From the NCBI GenBank assembly GCA_008632985.1, contig QPGO01000001.1, forward strand, positions 364,600 to 428,599: a stretch of 64,000 nucleotides of DNA, given 5' to 3'. Below, one piece after another: positions 13,057 to 25,898 of this stretch. The notes under the pieces are model-generated. The model saw only the letters and a program-made list of their open reading frames with translations. It did no database searches and had not been told where the DNA came from. The first letter of the stretch is position 1. Each line of letters begins with the position of its first letter. This DNA is from Psammoneis japonica (Eukaryota). The position numbers were made by a program, and so were the translations under genes.

Positions 13057-13612
13057 CTTGACTGATGAAATGTTTTTCTCGTTTAAAACAATGTTTGTGA
13101 AAATTAACAAACCAAGGTTTGTGTGGCAATGCAACCACGCATTGGCACACGGCAACAAGGTGGAGGCAGAAATGGCGATGTGGATGTGGTGAAAAACAGC
13201 ACACACAATTCTCAACAAGTTGTTGCAATGTTGGCACACCAAACTTGTGACCAGAGGTTGGCCTGTCATCACATGACAATGACATTTTGCAATGTTTTGA
13301 CAAATTGTCATCATGTAAATCTGCACATTTTTAACGCTTCGTGCACTCTGATGAGTGCACTCAAAGAAGCTGCCAGAGGTCAAAGATGACAATGGATCAA
13401 AAGAGATCTCTTGTGCCAGTTTGAAGGGTGAGACTCTCAAGCATTGAATGGAAATTTGAAGCGGAGACTTGGGGGCACTGCGGAGCTTTACAAATCAACA
13501 GCACGGTGTGTGGCGTGTGTGGATCTTTTGTGGGCGGGAATGCTTTTGGAATGAACTGCCGGGTGCGTGCGTGCGGTTCGTGGTCCATCCGCCACCCAAG
13601 TCATAAAAGCAT

Positions 13613-13702
13613 CAATCACGACTCAAAAATAACATCGTAGTCACGACTAAAAATGTCAATACAAGATGTCACGACTCAGTCAACGGCGTTCTCAAATGAC
13701 GT
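13613..13702 (+). repeat. Second copy of the 1995-2065 motif block
   Basis: Direct similarity to 1995-2065; three TCACGACT copies and TGACGTCA. Confidence 0.6.
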
Positions 13703-14644
13703 CATGGTGTTCGCCAATCCATCGCACGCGCACAACTCGTGTCAAGTGACGTTGCACCCCAACAACAATCACGAGAGAATTCAAACCCACAACGAGAAAC
13801 CGCAACACACAAACGACGACTTGTTGTTGTTGTCGTGACATCACATTACGGGACGGAAGCAAAACACAACAAAACAGTCATATTCACATAAATTGGTACG
13901 TTCATCACAACATGATTGTAAGGAACAATCCGTGTCGTATCGGCGTTGTATCAATCGTCGCGCCATGGTTGTTGTTGTTTTTGGTGGCAAAATGTTGTCG
14001 TTGACACTACTGATAATAACCCGGAAGTCATTTGCGAATTTTGGGTTTGCCGCGCGTCACGTTGTTCCGATTGTGTAGATTTCTACGTGTGTCGTAAGAA
14101 AATGAGAATTTCCAGCTGGCGCGCTGTAAACTTGGTACACATTCTACGTATTGGCGCCAAATTTTGGGTTCTCAACTCCATGCCCAAAAAGACACTCTTC
14201 TTGTCATTGGCATATCCCATCACAACTTGTTTGTTCTGTTGTTGCTGGTCATCGCCGTTGTTGATTCTCCATTGTTGATAACAACGACGCAAGAGGTGTG
14301 TGTATATGATTGTGCAAATTACAGTGTTGCGAGGAGGAGAGGACTCGTTCCGTCGGCGTTCGTTCTGTTTGTTCTGCCGCGTAATGAAATTTGTACTGTT
14401 GTTTTGGTCATGCCGTTGCTGTTGCTTGTCTGTGGAGACAAGAGATATATGTTGTGTGTATGATTGAATACAGCAGAGTAGCAGCGAACGGACTAGAAGC
14501 TCGAGAGTGTTGCGGCACCGTCAGCAGAAGTCGTATTCGTTCTGTTGTTTATGTTGAAAGGTTTTTGTTCTTTTTGTTCTTAGCTGCGTACTCACCTCGT
14601 ATTGCTTTTCCAGTCCTTATACAGAATCTCAATACAACTACACC

Positions 14645-16469
14645 ATGACTCGAAGACGGTTTACAAGACGACGACCTCCTCTGACGGACAATAAGCGTAC
14701 TCTTGCGCTGGTTGTTGCGGCCATTTTGAGCCGTCATGCCTCCCACTCGTATTCTGCCGTAGCGTTTGTACCACATTCTACGGCCCACGCTACTACTACT
14801 ACTACTACTTCCAGCAGCAGAACGTTTTTTCAAAATTCCGACATGATCAATCTCCCCTACACAACATCCTCACAACAACCACCACAACATCATGACATGC
14901 CCATTTGGCTCAGTCAACCCCAAGGTCACTTGCTCCACGAAAAGCTTCAACTACTTTCCAATAAAATGTCTCATCTCTCTCATGACGAAACCGATGCTGT
15001 GCTCAATGCCATTCAAGAAGCGTGTCGTTTGGATGAGAATCAAATGGCCGGTGCTGCAGACTTTTTATTGATTTTGGCAGAAACCATGGAAATGGGCTAC
15101 GTGGCACTCGTGGCGGCGGCGCATCATTATGGTTCGTGTGTGACGGCACGGCAATTTGGAATTTCCGTATCCGAACTACCCCTTGAAATGTTGCCCGAGA
15201 CGATTCGAACCGTGGTGGAAAATGCAGCCACTCTCAAAAGAATGGAAATGGTGGCACAACAAGTCACGGCGGTACATGCAAGCAGTGCGACCAATCTCAA
15301 GAAATTGTTACTCAGCGAAACACAAGATTGGAGAGCATTGGCGATTCGGTGTGCGGCGAGTTTGTACAGATTGCGGGGTATCGTCACGAACAATAGTGTT
15401 CCAGGACAATTGAGTCCCGAAATTGTTCGTGCTTGTCGTGAAGCCTTGCATATCTATGCTCCATTGGCGTCGCGCATGGGCATGCACCGTCTCAAGAGTG
15501 AATTGGAAACAACGGCTTTTTCAATATTGTACAAACGACAATACGAACGAGTCACGCTGCTTGCCAAGCAATTGCAGAAACGACGGGATTATAACATTGC
15601 CGGAATGTCCTCGATTGAATCGAGTATGCGAAAAGTGTTGATTTCGACCAAGAATGAAATGACCGATATGTTGCAACGCGATGCGGTATTCCATGAGGCA
15701 ACCGAACATGTTCAAGTGACGGCTCGTGTCAAGGAACCCTATTCGTTGTGGCGTAAAATGCTCAAACAACACAAACATCATATTCTTCAAGTACCCGATG
15801 CCGTCGCCTTGCGTATCGTCCTCAAGGCCAAACCGCAGGGCGATGAGGATATCGAGGTGACGCGATCGCGGGAGGTGGCACTGTGTTATTATGCGCAAGA
15901 ACTGTGCATGCGCAAATGGCTTCCGGCGGATGATCCACGCGTCAAGGATTACATTGCCCATCCGAAACCCAATGGTTATCAGAGTTTGCATTACACCGCC
16001 AGCACGCAGTGGGGTGGACACTTGTATTCTCTAGAAATTCAATGCCGTTCGGAAGAAATGCATTCGGTTGCCGAATACGGATTGGCGTCGCATGACGATT
16101 ACAAGAGCAAGGCAGCGTTGGTACAGTACGAACGCGACGCGTATTTGGAATCGGTCCAAGAATGGCAATTGCAGCACGATGCTCCGTTGCTGGTGCAAGA
16201 GAATAACAATCCCTACTTGTCGGCTCTGTCACAAGCCAAACTCGATTTGGAACGACAGTCGGTCATTGTCTTTTTGTTGGGAAAAGTCTTGCAATTGCCG
16301 TCGGGGTCGTGTGTTTTGGATGCACTGAGGGAAGGAGAGCGATTGTATGGACTACAAGTGGATTGGAAGTGCGCCGCCGGTCAATGGGAGTTTGTCGTCC
16401 ATCACGTCGCAATTGCAAAATGGAGATGTACTGACCATGTTGCAACCACAAGTCACTGTGACAATGTAA
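14645..16469 (+). CDS. RSH: Plastid-targeted RelA/SpoT homologue (ppGpp synthetase, degenerate HD region, TGS-like tail; frameshift near 16378)
   Basis: IYAPLASRMGM, ARVKEPYSLWRKM, DAVALRIV, KDYIAHPKPNGYQSLH, EIQCRSEEMH..AEYGLASH. Leader ends SAVAFVP. The tail VNGSLSSITSQLQNGDVL is in the shifted frame with TAA at 16467-16469. Confidence 0.9.
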
Positions 16470-16599
16470 ATAATAACAACAATAGATTGTGTTGTACCCG
16501 AGTTGTTTACACACATTGTGGATACTACTCTATTGTGTTGTTCCTCTGTTATTTTATAAGAGTCTGTGCCTTTTTATTCTCTTGACAGTTGTGCTATGC

Positions 16600-19500
16600 A
16601 CTCTCGCAGTGAAGTTGTCCCAACCTCCACCAGCACATGTTGTGTTCAATCACAAAGGGAAGAGATGAATTGACATGCATTGTTGCCATTGATTGTGCAG
16701 CCTTTTGCCCACACCAATGTTGGAAGTTTTGTGATTCATTCATGGTGGTTTGCAGTTTTCACAACCAGTTTCCTTGGTCCCGCAGGCATGGAACTTTTCT
16801 CATTGTTTGAGATCTTGCTTGTTGTGTTTTCTAAATCACAGTGCACCTCAACAAAGACACCAGTTGATGGACAAACAATTTACAAACCTCTGGATGAGAC
16901 ATTTCCCAACATGTGCAGTCGACAACCATGGAACTTTGGCACCAGCAGCAGCAGTCTCCGGGAACACAACAGGGCAAGGAGTTCAAGGGCAAATTGTGTG
17001 TCAAGCTGTGGGAAAAAGCCACAGAGTGTGGGCATCATGTCATGCAAAATTGACACAGGCACACCAAGTGTTTCTTGGTTTGCGCAACTTTGAACATCTC
17101 ATTTGCTCTGAGCAGATGAGCAAAGCTGATGCCATTTCTTTTTTGCATTGCTGTGAGCTTCTCTTGGCCTTGTCTGCAGCATGCCTCTCATTTGCAGTGC
17201 AATCTTGCACCACAAACTGTCATTGAGTGGATGGCAGTTTGGACCCAGCAAAATCGCCTGATTTTGGCAAATGGAGAATCCCAAAATCTGGGTTGCTTTG
17301 AATGGGTTAGACAGCCACCACTTCCTGGTTGCTTGAGGTTCACACATCATCATCACCCCGTGCATTGCAAATGAAGCTGCGCGTGTCATGGCAATGATGT
17401 GGCATTTTTAATGGCATCCCACGCAACACTCAGAACAACAAAAAACACCACATCTCCAACCATGGAGCGCAATCGTTTGTAGATCAATGGCCGCAACAGT
17501 GCCTGCGGATCACCAACCACAATTGTGTCCCCCAAAGCCATGTTGTCACTGCGACACGTCTCGTGCTGTTCACAGTCCAAGGTCAGGAAATGCCACAATG
17601 GAAGGAGAGCAGTGATTTTGTGGAGTCACGAGAGGCCCAAATTCTGAGATGTCACAATTGCCAATGGCAGGAAATGATGAGATTGATGAGGATCCATGAA
17701 AAACCAGCCCCATCTTGGCGTTGAAGGCCACGATGATGAGCTGCAGGTGTGCAAATGGCTCATCTGTGCACTTTTCACCAAGCAACTTCATGGCATGTTT
17801 CTGCCAGCAATGCACATTTTGTGGCTTGGTCTCTTGCAACCACCACTGCAATTGAGACACCAAGCATCAAAAACAAGTGACTCTGACTCTGGCAGGAGTG
17901 TTGGGCATTGAAAAGCAATGGTCATGAATTTGCATGCACCAATGTGAGCCGACCAATCAATTGAGGCAACCTGCAACAAATGCACACTGCAAAAGGCACG
18001 CTGCAGTGTGTCTGATTCCCTGGGAATTGACTGGATGATGTTCGTGAGTTTGTTTTTCCAGGGATGTGTTGGAAGTGTCGGCAGTGTCCAGCACACATGG
18101 ACGACCTTCAGCTTGGATGTTTGGAGGAGAGAAAACTGCAAGAGGCACCCCAGAGGAACAAAAATGATCGGCTTGGTCAATTGATTTGATCGTGACACAT
18201 TTGATGGGTTCTTCAACTTGTTGAACATTTTTTGTTCATTCAAGGCAACCTTAAAAAATGAGGGCTTGGCAGAAGTTGAGACACATTTGCTCTCATTGAT
18301 GCAGAGAGGACTGCTCATGGTGTGTTTGTTGGGTTGATCAAAGGCAGGTCACCACGGCGCAGCTCAGCCCATCAAAAATGTCAGCGCACATTGATGGAGG
18401 AGCTGGTCTTCACCATGCTGAGCACAGACTCTGTCATCTTCAAAAGTGGCACACATTGATCCATCCAGACTTGACCCCCAACGCCATCTCTGTTTGAAAC
18501 AAACTCCCTGGACTCCATGGTTTCTTGTTGCTGGCAGTTTTGTGGAGTGGACTTTTCAATTGAAAACGAGCTTTCATTCACATTGAGTGGACAGTGGCAA
18601 GTCAGTCCTTGAAGAGGAAAAAACAAGTGTGAAGTGCAAGGAGACAAGTTCCCTTTGCAGTTTCTTCAAGCAAAATGCCGCCACTCCTGTCTTAAGACAT
18701 TTTGCCAGCTGCTGAAAGCTGAGTCCAGCTTGCTCCACCACCATGCTGGTCAAGTGGCCTGTTTGGACTGCAGCCCTTCTTCCTCAGGGTGAGATGCACT
18801 GGGCAATCCACAAACTCACCAACCCTCCACATTTCTTGCTTCACTCTTGTCAGCAAGTCACTTTTGTTGTGGGCCGCATCGTTGCAGTGTTTTCATGCTT
18901 GTGGAGGTGTCCAAGTCACCCCACCCAATTTCTTTGCCACTCTTTGCCAAGACAACATTCTTTCCTCCAAAGAAGCTTGCTGGCTTTGCTCCCATTTGTT
19001 CAGCACTTCACCCAATTGTGATCAGCTGGGTGTCACACTGGTGCATTTTTCTGTCACTTTGGTGGGGTTTTGCACAATTTTGCAGAGCAATTGTTGGGTG
19101 ATCCACTCTGCAGCTTCTAACATTTTTGTGCAAAGCAGCTCTTCAATGCCCTCTGAGGGTGCACTCGGCTCCCATCGCAGGTGTGATGATGTGCTGTGTT
19201 CCAGACTCTGGGCAGGATTTTGTTTTGCACAGTTTTCCAGAATTCTGTGCACAAGCTCTGCAGCTTGCACTCTGGTTGATGCACGTGCCAGTCTTTGATG
19301 TTTGAAGTTAAGTGGTGACCAAGTTTGCACCTGCCCTGCACCACTCCAGAAATGCTGGGGAATTGTGCTGCATGAAAAATGTTGAAAGTTGCAGAGTGGA
19401 TGGCCAAACAGCTTCACAGCCCCCAACAGCATGAGGCCTCACACCTTGAGCCAGGAATGTTTCGTGAACCTTCAAAATCTTTGAGCTTCAAGAAGTGTGG

Positions 19501-21340
19501 CTGCACAGCAAGCTCCTTGGCTGCAACCAGACAACAAATGAAAGTGAGGTGTTGTTTCAGCCTCTTGTGCAAGTGACGCGTTCCAGGTCTAGGTGGGACC
19601 TCACACCGCACAGCTGAACTGTGACATCGACAGTTTTTTGAATCGCGTCGCATGTCGCGCACGCACATTTCTACGTGATTTTGGCGAAATTTTGTGTCAT
19701 TTTATGATGCAATTGTCAGGCGATCCATTCAACAACTTTCAATGTTTTTTTCTCTGCGCCATTCTCGAGTGTCTCAAGGGGGACCGCCAACCTGTTTTTT
19801 CCACGTTCATCCTAAAATTGGCAATGTGTTTGAGTGCGCTTGTTTGCAATCATTGACTTTAAATGCAAGAATTGTTCGATCGCCCATGAGAACATCAGCC
19901 ACCGCGATCAAAGCACGACGATGATGGCAATTGCGCTGTCTCTCAAAATTGGCCCAGTGGCACGAGGGACGAAAGCATGCAAATCAATCTGAACTGCATG
20001 ACGACAACAAAACCAATGAGCATCCCTCGTGAGGTGACACTTTGCAACTCACCGCTCATCGCGAACATCATCATTGTCGCTCGTGCTTTTGTCATGTCAT
20101 TTTCTGTCGCGACCCGTCAAAAATGCGTAAAAACCCGGAAAAGACGTGCGAAAAAAACAAGCTGACGGCCCACCTTGTGAATGGCACAGGGCAGGCGCAT
20201 CATTCAAAACTTCGAGTGCTGACAGAGACATGTGCACTGCAAACTTGGCCGTTTGTTTTTTGTCGAAGACAAACACATCCATTAACCAGAGTGCGAACTG
20301 CAGAGCTCGCACGCAGAATTCTGCGGGGCAAATGTCACAAAAAGTCCCACCTGGGACTGGAACCCGTCAAGTTTGTTCCCAAGCTTGTGACCACTCAAAG
20401 CCAGAAGCTCAGAAATGGACAAAAAAATGACTGGTGCACCTCAGGCCTGATCTGCGATCCATTGCCTGAGACACCAGCAGAAAATTGCATTTGGTGCAAC
20501 AAACTTCTTCAATTTTGATTGCTTCAAAATTATGAAAAAATGAGTGTGCATAAAAACACAAAACTTTGTGTGCACTCACCACCCAATTTTGGAAAAAATC
20601 AAAATTGAGGGAGTTCATGGTGCCAGGTGCAAAAAGGGTCAGCAAGGAAGAAGAAGATCATGCACAGCTGTGCACAACAACACCCGGAACTGGAGCTGGC
20701 CATGACTGTGGCACACAACACAAAGAGCACATTTCATTCAATGCTCAACTCCGCAGCTCACATGACTCAATGAACTGGGTTGCTTTTGCCTTCTTGGTGT
20801 GCACCACTTTCAACAGCAGCTGCTCGGAAGTGCTTGTTTTTGTGTCTCAGGCCACAACAGGAATCTTTCGAAAATGACCCATGATGCAAAAAGCACAAAA
20901 TGGTTGTGGGCGCCTGTGGAATCGCACGTTTTTGTGCTGAAGCTGTCACAATGTTTGCACAATTTGTGCAAAAACAGACTTGACTGTCATCGGGTCAGGT
21001 GCATTTTTGCAGTGTGTGGAAGAAAAATGCACCTGATCAGAAAATGGTCAAGTCCATTTTTCGCAAAGTTAAAATTCACTGAGGACAGACAGACAGACTT
21101 TTGACAATTGTCTTGGTGCTGTTCTGCACACTTTTGCGCAAATGACTCTGCAGCGCGAAAGATTGCTGTTGGAGTGTGCTGTGCTTTTGTCTGGTTTGTC
21201 AAGCCATGGCTCCTGATGAACATGCACATTTGATCAACTTGAAGTTTTGCAACAACAACAACAACAACAACAACAAGCAGAAGAGAGGCAATCATCAACC
21301 TCGCTGGTCGCTGGCCAATTCATCAACAAAAAAAGCGTGC
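16600..21340. other. TpA-depleted decayed repeat block between the two RSH genes
   Basis: TA nearly absent; CG also scarce outside 19575-20368. No recognisable protein. Confidence 0.5.
19575..20368. mobile_element. Non-autonomous DNA transposon, 25-bp imperfect TIRs, 4-bp TSD AAGT (Sola-like TSD length)
   Basis: GACGCGTTCCAGGTCTAGGTGGGAC versus reverse complement of 20344-20368 GACGGGTTCCAGTCCCAGGTGGGAC (21/25). AAGT at 19571-19574 and 20369-20372. Confidence 0.7.
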
Positions 21341-21769
21341 GAAACTTTCTCTGATAGAATATTTTGACGTCACGATGATGAGAATTCATTGTCATTTCGA
21401 CGTAAGCAGAATTCGGGAATGACGTCGACATGAGAACCGCACTTTCATTCTGCGAATAGTGAGTGCTTGAGTTTGCAAAAACAAGATCAATGACAGTGCA
21501 AAATGACAGAACGAATTGGGGAAAAAATGCCCGAAACGAGGACACACTGACACATGCTTGACACACTCCAGTCCCGTGCTCACGCGCTTCCGCGACCGGC
21601 AAGTGATTTCTAGTTCTTTCAATACTAAGTTTATGGCGCGGGATTGGAAAAAAGCGCGGGCTAGTCGCGTGTCATACCGATTCCACGGTGAAGTAACGCG
21701 TGAAAAGAATTCTGCTGCACATAAATGTTCATAAACCAGATGGTCATTGTTCTCATAAAACAAAACAAC

Positions 21770-22733
21770 ATGACACCAACAAGAAGAAATGCCGCTTTGC
21801 TCTTTGTTGCGTCCCTTTTGGGCTTGACGCAAACCGCTGATGGCTTTGTAATATCTACAGAATCAACAGCATTCTCGAGGATACCCTTTGATTCTTCTCC
21901 AGAGACAATTCTCGCTCCTTCGTCTCCGTTTGACGTGCTTTCGACTACAAAAACAACGCCCAATGACGATGATCACACTCGCAGTAAATTGATGCAATCG
22001 CTCTACGAACTCAAGAGTGGGCAATCGTCGAGACAACAGCAACGTCAAGCACTCTACAGAGATGCACTTGTGGCGTCTCGCTTGGGTATGCCTCAAGTGA
22101 AAAAGGAATTGGAACGCACCGCCTTTAAGCTCTTGTACCGTCGTCAGTACAATAAGGTAACAAAACAACAAGATCAATCAAGAGCATCCATGGATCATGC
22201 TTTATCGACAATTACACGAGAGGTTCGTGACTTGTTGAGAAACAGTCCAGAATTACAACAGGTTGCCGATAGCGTTTCGGTTACGGCGCGCGTCAAGGAA
22301 CCCTACTCGCTATGGAGAAAAATGCTCAAAACGCGAGTCAAGAGCGTGTCGGACGTTGCCGATGCACTGCCTTGAGGATTGTTGTGGATTCTAAAAAACA
22401 ACAGTCGACGACGAGCTCTGTTATGTGGTTCAAGATTTGATGATGCGCAAATTTTCCCATATCCACTCCTTCAAGGATTATATTGCCAATCCGAAACCCA
22501 ACGGCTATCAAAGTTTGCATTATACGTTTAACACGGATGTCGATAACCGCAATTGGACTTGTGAAGTACAAGTGCGCTCGGAAGAAATGCATCGGGTTGC
22601 CGAACAAGGTTCTGCTGCACATTGGAAGTACAAGTCGCAAGACGTGCCGACGCTAGCAACGGATTCAGCAACTGTCCTTGCCAATCGCATTCGCGTACGA
22701 AATGCATTGCGAGAAATACCCGTCAAGCCATGA
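21770..22733 (+). CDS. RSH: Short synthetase-only RelA/SpoT paralogue with plastid-type leader (apparent frameshifts near 22368 and 22400)
   Basis: Signal peptide ending ADG-FV; ASRLGM, ARVKEPYSLWRKM, DALALRIV, FKDYIANPKPNGYQSLH, EVQVRSEEMH..AEQGSAAHWKYK. No HD or TGS region. Confidence 0.8.
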
Positions 22734-23169
22734 CTAGCTACAAATAAAAGTACAATAGCCATCCTTTTTTTAGGCCTCTTTTTGTTAGGACATTAGACTT
22801 CAGCTCTTCTACAAAGAACCACAGAGACCCCGTTGTTCGATCCAATTACTCTCCCTTTACAGGTGCTTTTGGAATCTCTATCAATGCCCTACCCACTCAC
22901 ACAGTCCAGTGAAGCATCATATCTTACATTTTATTTTGCCAACCCACCTACCTTCTCGCTGATGACAATGAAAGTATTGCGTTGCCATTCCCGATTTAAA
23001 GTTCAGGTTGAACTTTGGCGTTTTTGTCTCCAAAACGCAGAGTGGCTTCCAGTCGTCCGACCCATTGCGTTGGAACATGCCTTTTTTTGCTGGACCGGTT
23101 TTTGGAGAAGACCAGCGGATGTGTTGAAATGCCTACGAGGAAGCAGACACTCCCATTAAAATTGAAAAT

Positions 23170-25550
23170 GAGGTGGAAAACCACTTTGTCTTGGTGGAAA
23201 AATGTGGGTCAATGGCAAGAGAATGAAGCCACTGTGTCAACAAGAACATCTTGTTGGGAACCCCATGCCCATCCTTCCAAATGCTTCAAAGAGCAACAAA
23301 GAAAGCAAACCAGGCAGGAAGAGAAGCAAATCAAAAGACAGTTCCAGTGGCCCACATGGGGAGACTCTAAAATGACAGTGTGCATGTTTTGAGGGCAAGC
23401 CCAAAGCGCGACCCATGATTCAGCATGCCCTCATGACAGCAACTTCCAACAGCCATCGTAGTTCCGTTGCCACTTGATGACACTGAGGACCCAAAACAGT
23501 TGCCATGCTGTTGTGTCAAGAGAGTTTGCCCACGTTGATTCCATGTTGAAGTGTCCTGGTCAAGATCATAAACCGAGAGCGTCTCTGTGTCATTTCAAAA
23601 TGCACCCACGGCCATGATGATCAAACCACTGTTGTCAAGAGAAACAGAAAAACCAAACAAACCATGTGACTTGCCCTTTGGTTGGATCACCCAACGCATC
23701 CAACTTGACAATGTTGAGCTGCACTCAAAAACCAACACACAGCCATTTTCACTTTCAGGCAAATTCACACATGCTCCAATGGCAACTGTGGCTCCCGATT
23801 AACTCAAGAAGACCAAAATCCAAACTTGTCCCTTGCAGCTTGACCAATGGAAGTTCAGCTGAGCCAGTTCCAAATTGAAGTGGTGCAATTGAGTTGAAAC
23901 CAAACAGAACCAGAGTCAGGACGGAAAGAAAAGCCAAGTCTGTCATTGGGTTCTTGTCCTCCAAGGTCTCAGCCAAGTTGCAGCTGACAGCCCAGTGCCT
24001 TGTCACACTCACATGCTCAAACTTGGCTGGTGTTTGTTCTGCCAGCAACGTCACTTTCAATGTGATGATGAGCAACGGCCCAGTGCTCTGACAACACATG
24101 TGACAGTCTTGCTTGGGTTGCAGGCCATTTACGTTTTTCAACAAATTGTTCTTTTGGGCAGTTTTGGGTGTCAAAAAATGTGCCCCCAGACCAACACACA
24201 CTTTTTGCATGCCACTGCGCCTCTTGAGGCACCACAAATTTTGACACAAAGCAAGTGACATGTTCAAATGTGTGTGAGTGGCTCTCTGCACAAACAAGAC
24301 CCCTGTGTGCAAAACAAAACCAACAGATTGCTGCTTTGTGCACCCCAACACAGTGGCTTGTCATTGGCTGGAGACTTGTGATTGACTTTTTGTTGCTCTA
24401 CATTGTCACATGATGGGTGTGTGTTTTTGACTTGTGCAGTCAAAAAGTGGCAGGCAAAAATTGAACATTTCAGCTTTTTTCCGTGAAGAACCGACTTCAA
24501 AGCACAACAAACATCTTCATGATGTGACATCAACTGCGAGCTGTTGAAATGTGTCAGTGTCATGGTGAGCTTGTGGTTGTTGTTGGAGCATGTTGTGTTC
24601 ATGATGGCCAATGTTTTTTTTGTTTTGACTGTTTGCAATGGAAAACATGAAATGTCCAATGTCCCTGTTTGCAGGCATGCAATTGCATGTGAGTTCTTGC
24701 TTCATGTTTCATGGTTCGTTTCATGTTTTGTTGGGTCACTGGTCACAGCTTGTGCCCAGATGGCCTGGACCTGCAGCAAACAGCATTGTGTCTTGATGTG
24801 AGTTCTTGGACAGTGTGCCATTGTTCAGTCACAGCATCCAGCTCTGTTCTCCCAGCGGGAGGTTCTTGGAGCTGACCAGGGACAATGGGAGATTTTTTTG
24901 TGAGCCTCTCTGCGCATTTTTCACATGCACAATGTTGTGGTTGGACATGCACTTGTGCTGATTGTTGAGTGCAGTGTGGAGAATTTTTGTCTGCAAACTG
25001 AAATTGTGCTTGCCACCAGCAAAAAAAAATCAACATTTGGCAAAAAAGGTGTGCGCATGCCTCGTTTCTCTTTGAGTTGTCACCATCATCTTTTGTGCTG
25101 CCGCTCTTGCTTGCACCTTTGTTGCTTCAGTTGTCAACTTCTTTGCAGTGGCAAACACCACAAAGAGAGAGCTCATCAAGGACAGCATTGTTGTCATGCC
25201 ACCCATGCTGCCCTTTGCATTGAGAGGAGAACGCTGCGAGGGATGCTCTGCACAGCTGTTTTGCCCTTTTTTGGCTGTCTTGTCAAGAGGTGGCACTGCT
25301 TCTGGCTGATGGATGCTCTGTTGACGACTTCAATGTTTCACAGTGTGTGCATGCTGTGTGACATTTGGTGCATGGAAAAAAAATCAAAAATCCAGTGCCA
25401 ACTTTGTGGCTGTGCAAATTGAGAAAATCCTGGAGAGAGGTGCTTGTGCTTGCCGGCACTGCACTGTGAAAGTGTGGGGATCTCACATCAGTTGTTGGCA
25501 ATCAGTGTCATTTGGCAACTGTGGCAAGATGGGACACCCCAAGCAGCAAT
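23170..25550. other. TpA- and CpG-poor decayed repeat block
   Basis: Composition only; no identifiable protein. Confidence 0.45.
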
Positions 25551-25898
25551 GAAAGCCACAGTAAGAAAATAGAGAAGAGCTCTGCATGCAACTGCTGTCA
25601 ACGCTGTTAGTGCGTGCTTTCGAGTCCCGGCCGTTTGTCCTTTGCCAGAGTCACGCGCATGCACGCCGCTGCGCTCTGAGCGGGTTGTGACGTGTTTTGG
25701 CGGTGACATCATCATCGGTGGGTTTGTCTTCAATTCGATCAAACATTCGACAGAATTCTTGAGCTGAAACGTGCATCATTCATCGTTCGCCCTATCCTCT
25801 TTTTATTGCTATTGCTTGCTGCATTGAACGTTGAACGTATTCCGCTTCCACCTCGGTAACTTACAAACAACTCCCCCATCTAGAGTGATGTTTCATGA

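Larger units (their letters stand above)
4720..13480. mobile_element. TpA-depleted block of decayed, probably transposon-borne genes
   Basis: Almost no TA although CG is plentiful. Several long Tyr-free, Cys/His-rich plus-strand reading frames. Element ends not found; boundaries approximate. Confidence 0.55.

Noticed and set aside
4720..13480. Alternative genetic code or CpG decay alone as the cause of missing Tyr/TA
   Set aside because: TA is lost in all frames and in non-coding TSDs/TIRs, CG is retained here, and neighbouring genes use Tyr normally.
13893..14648. Short ORFs upstream of RSH1
   Set aside because: No motifs or consistent gene structure.
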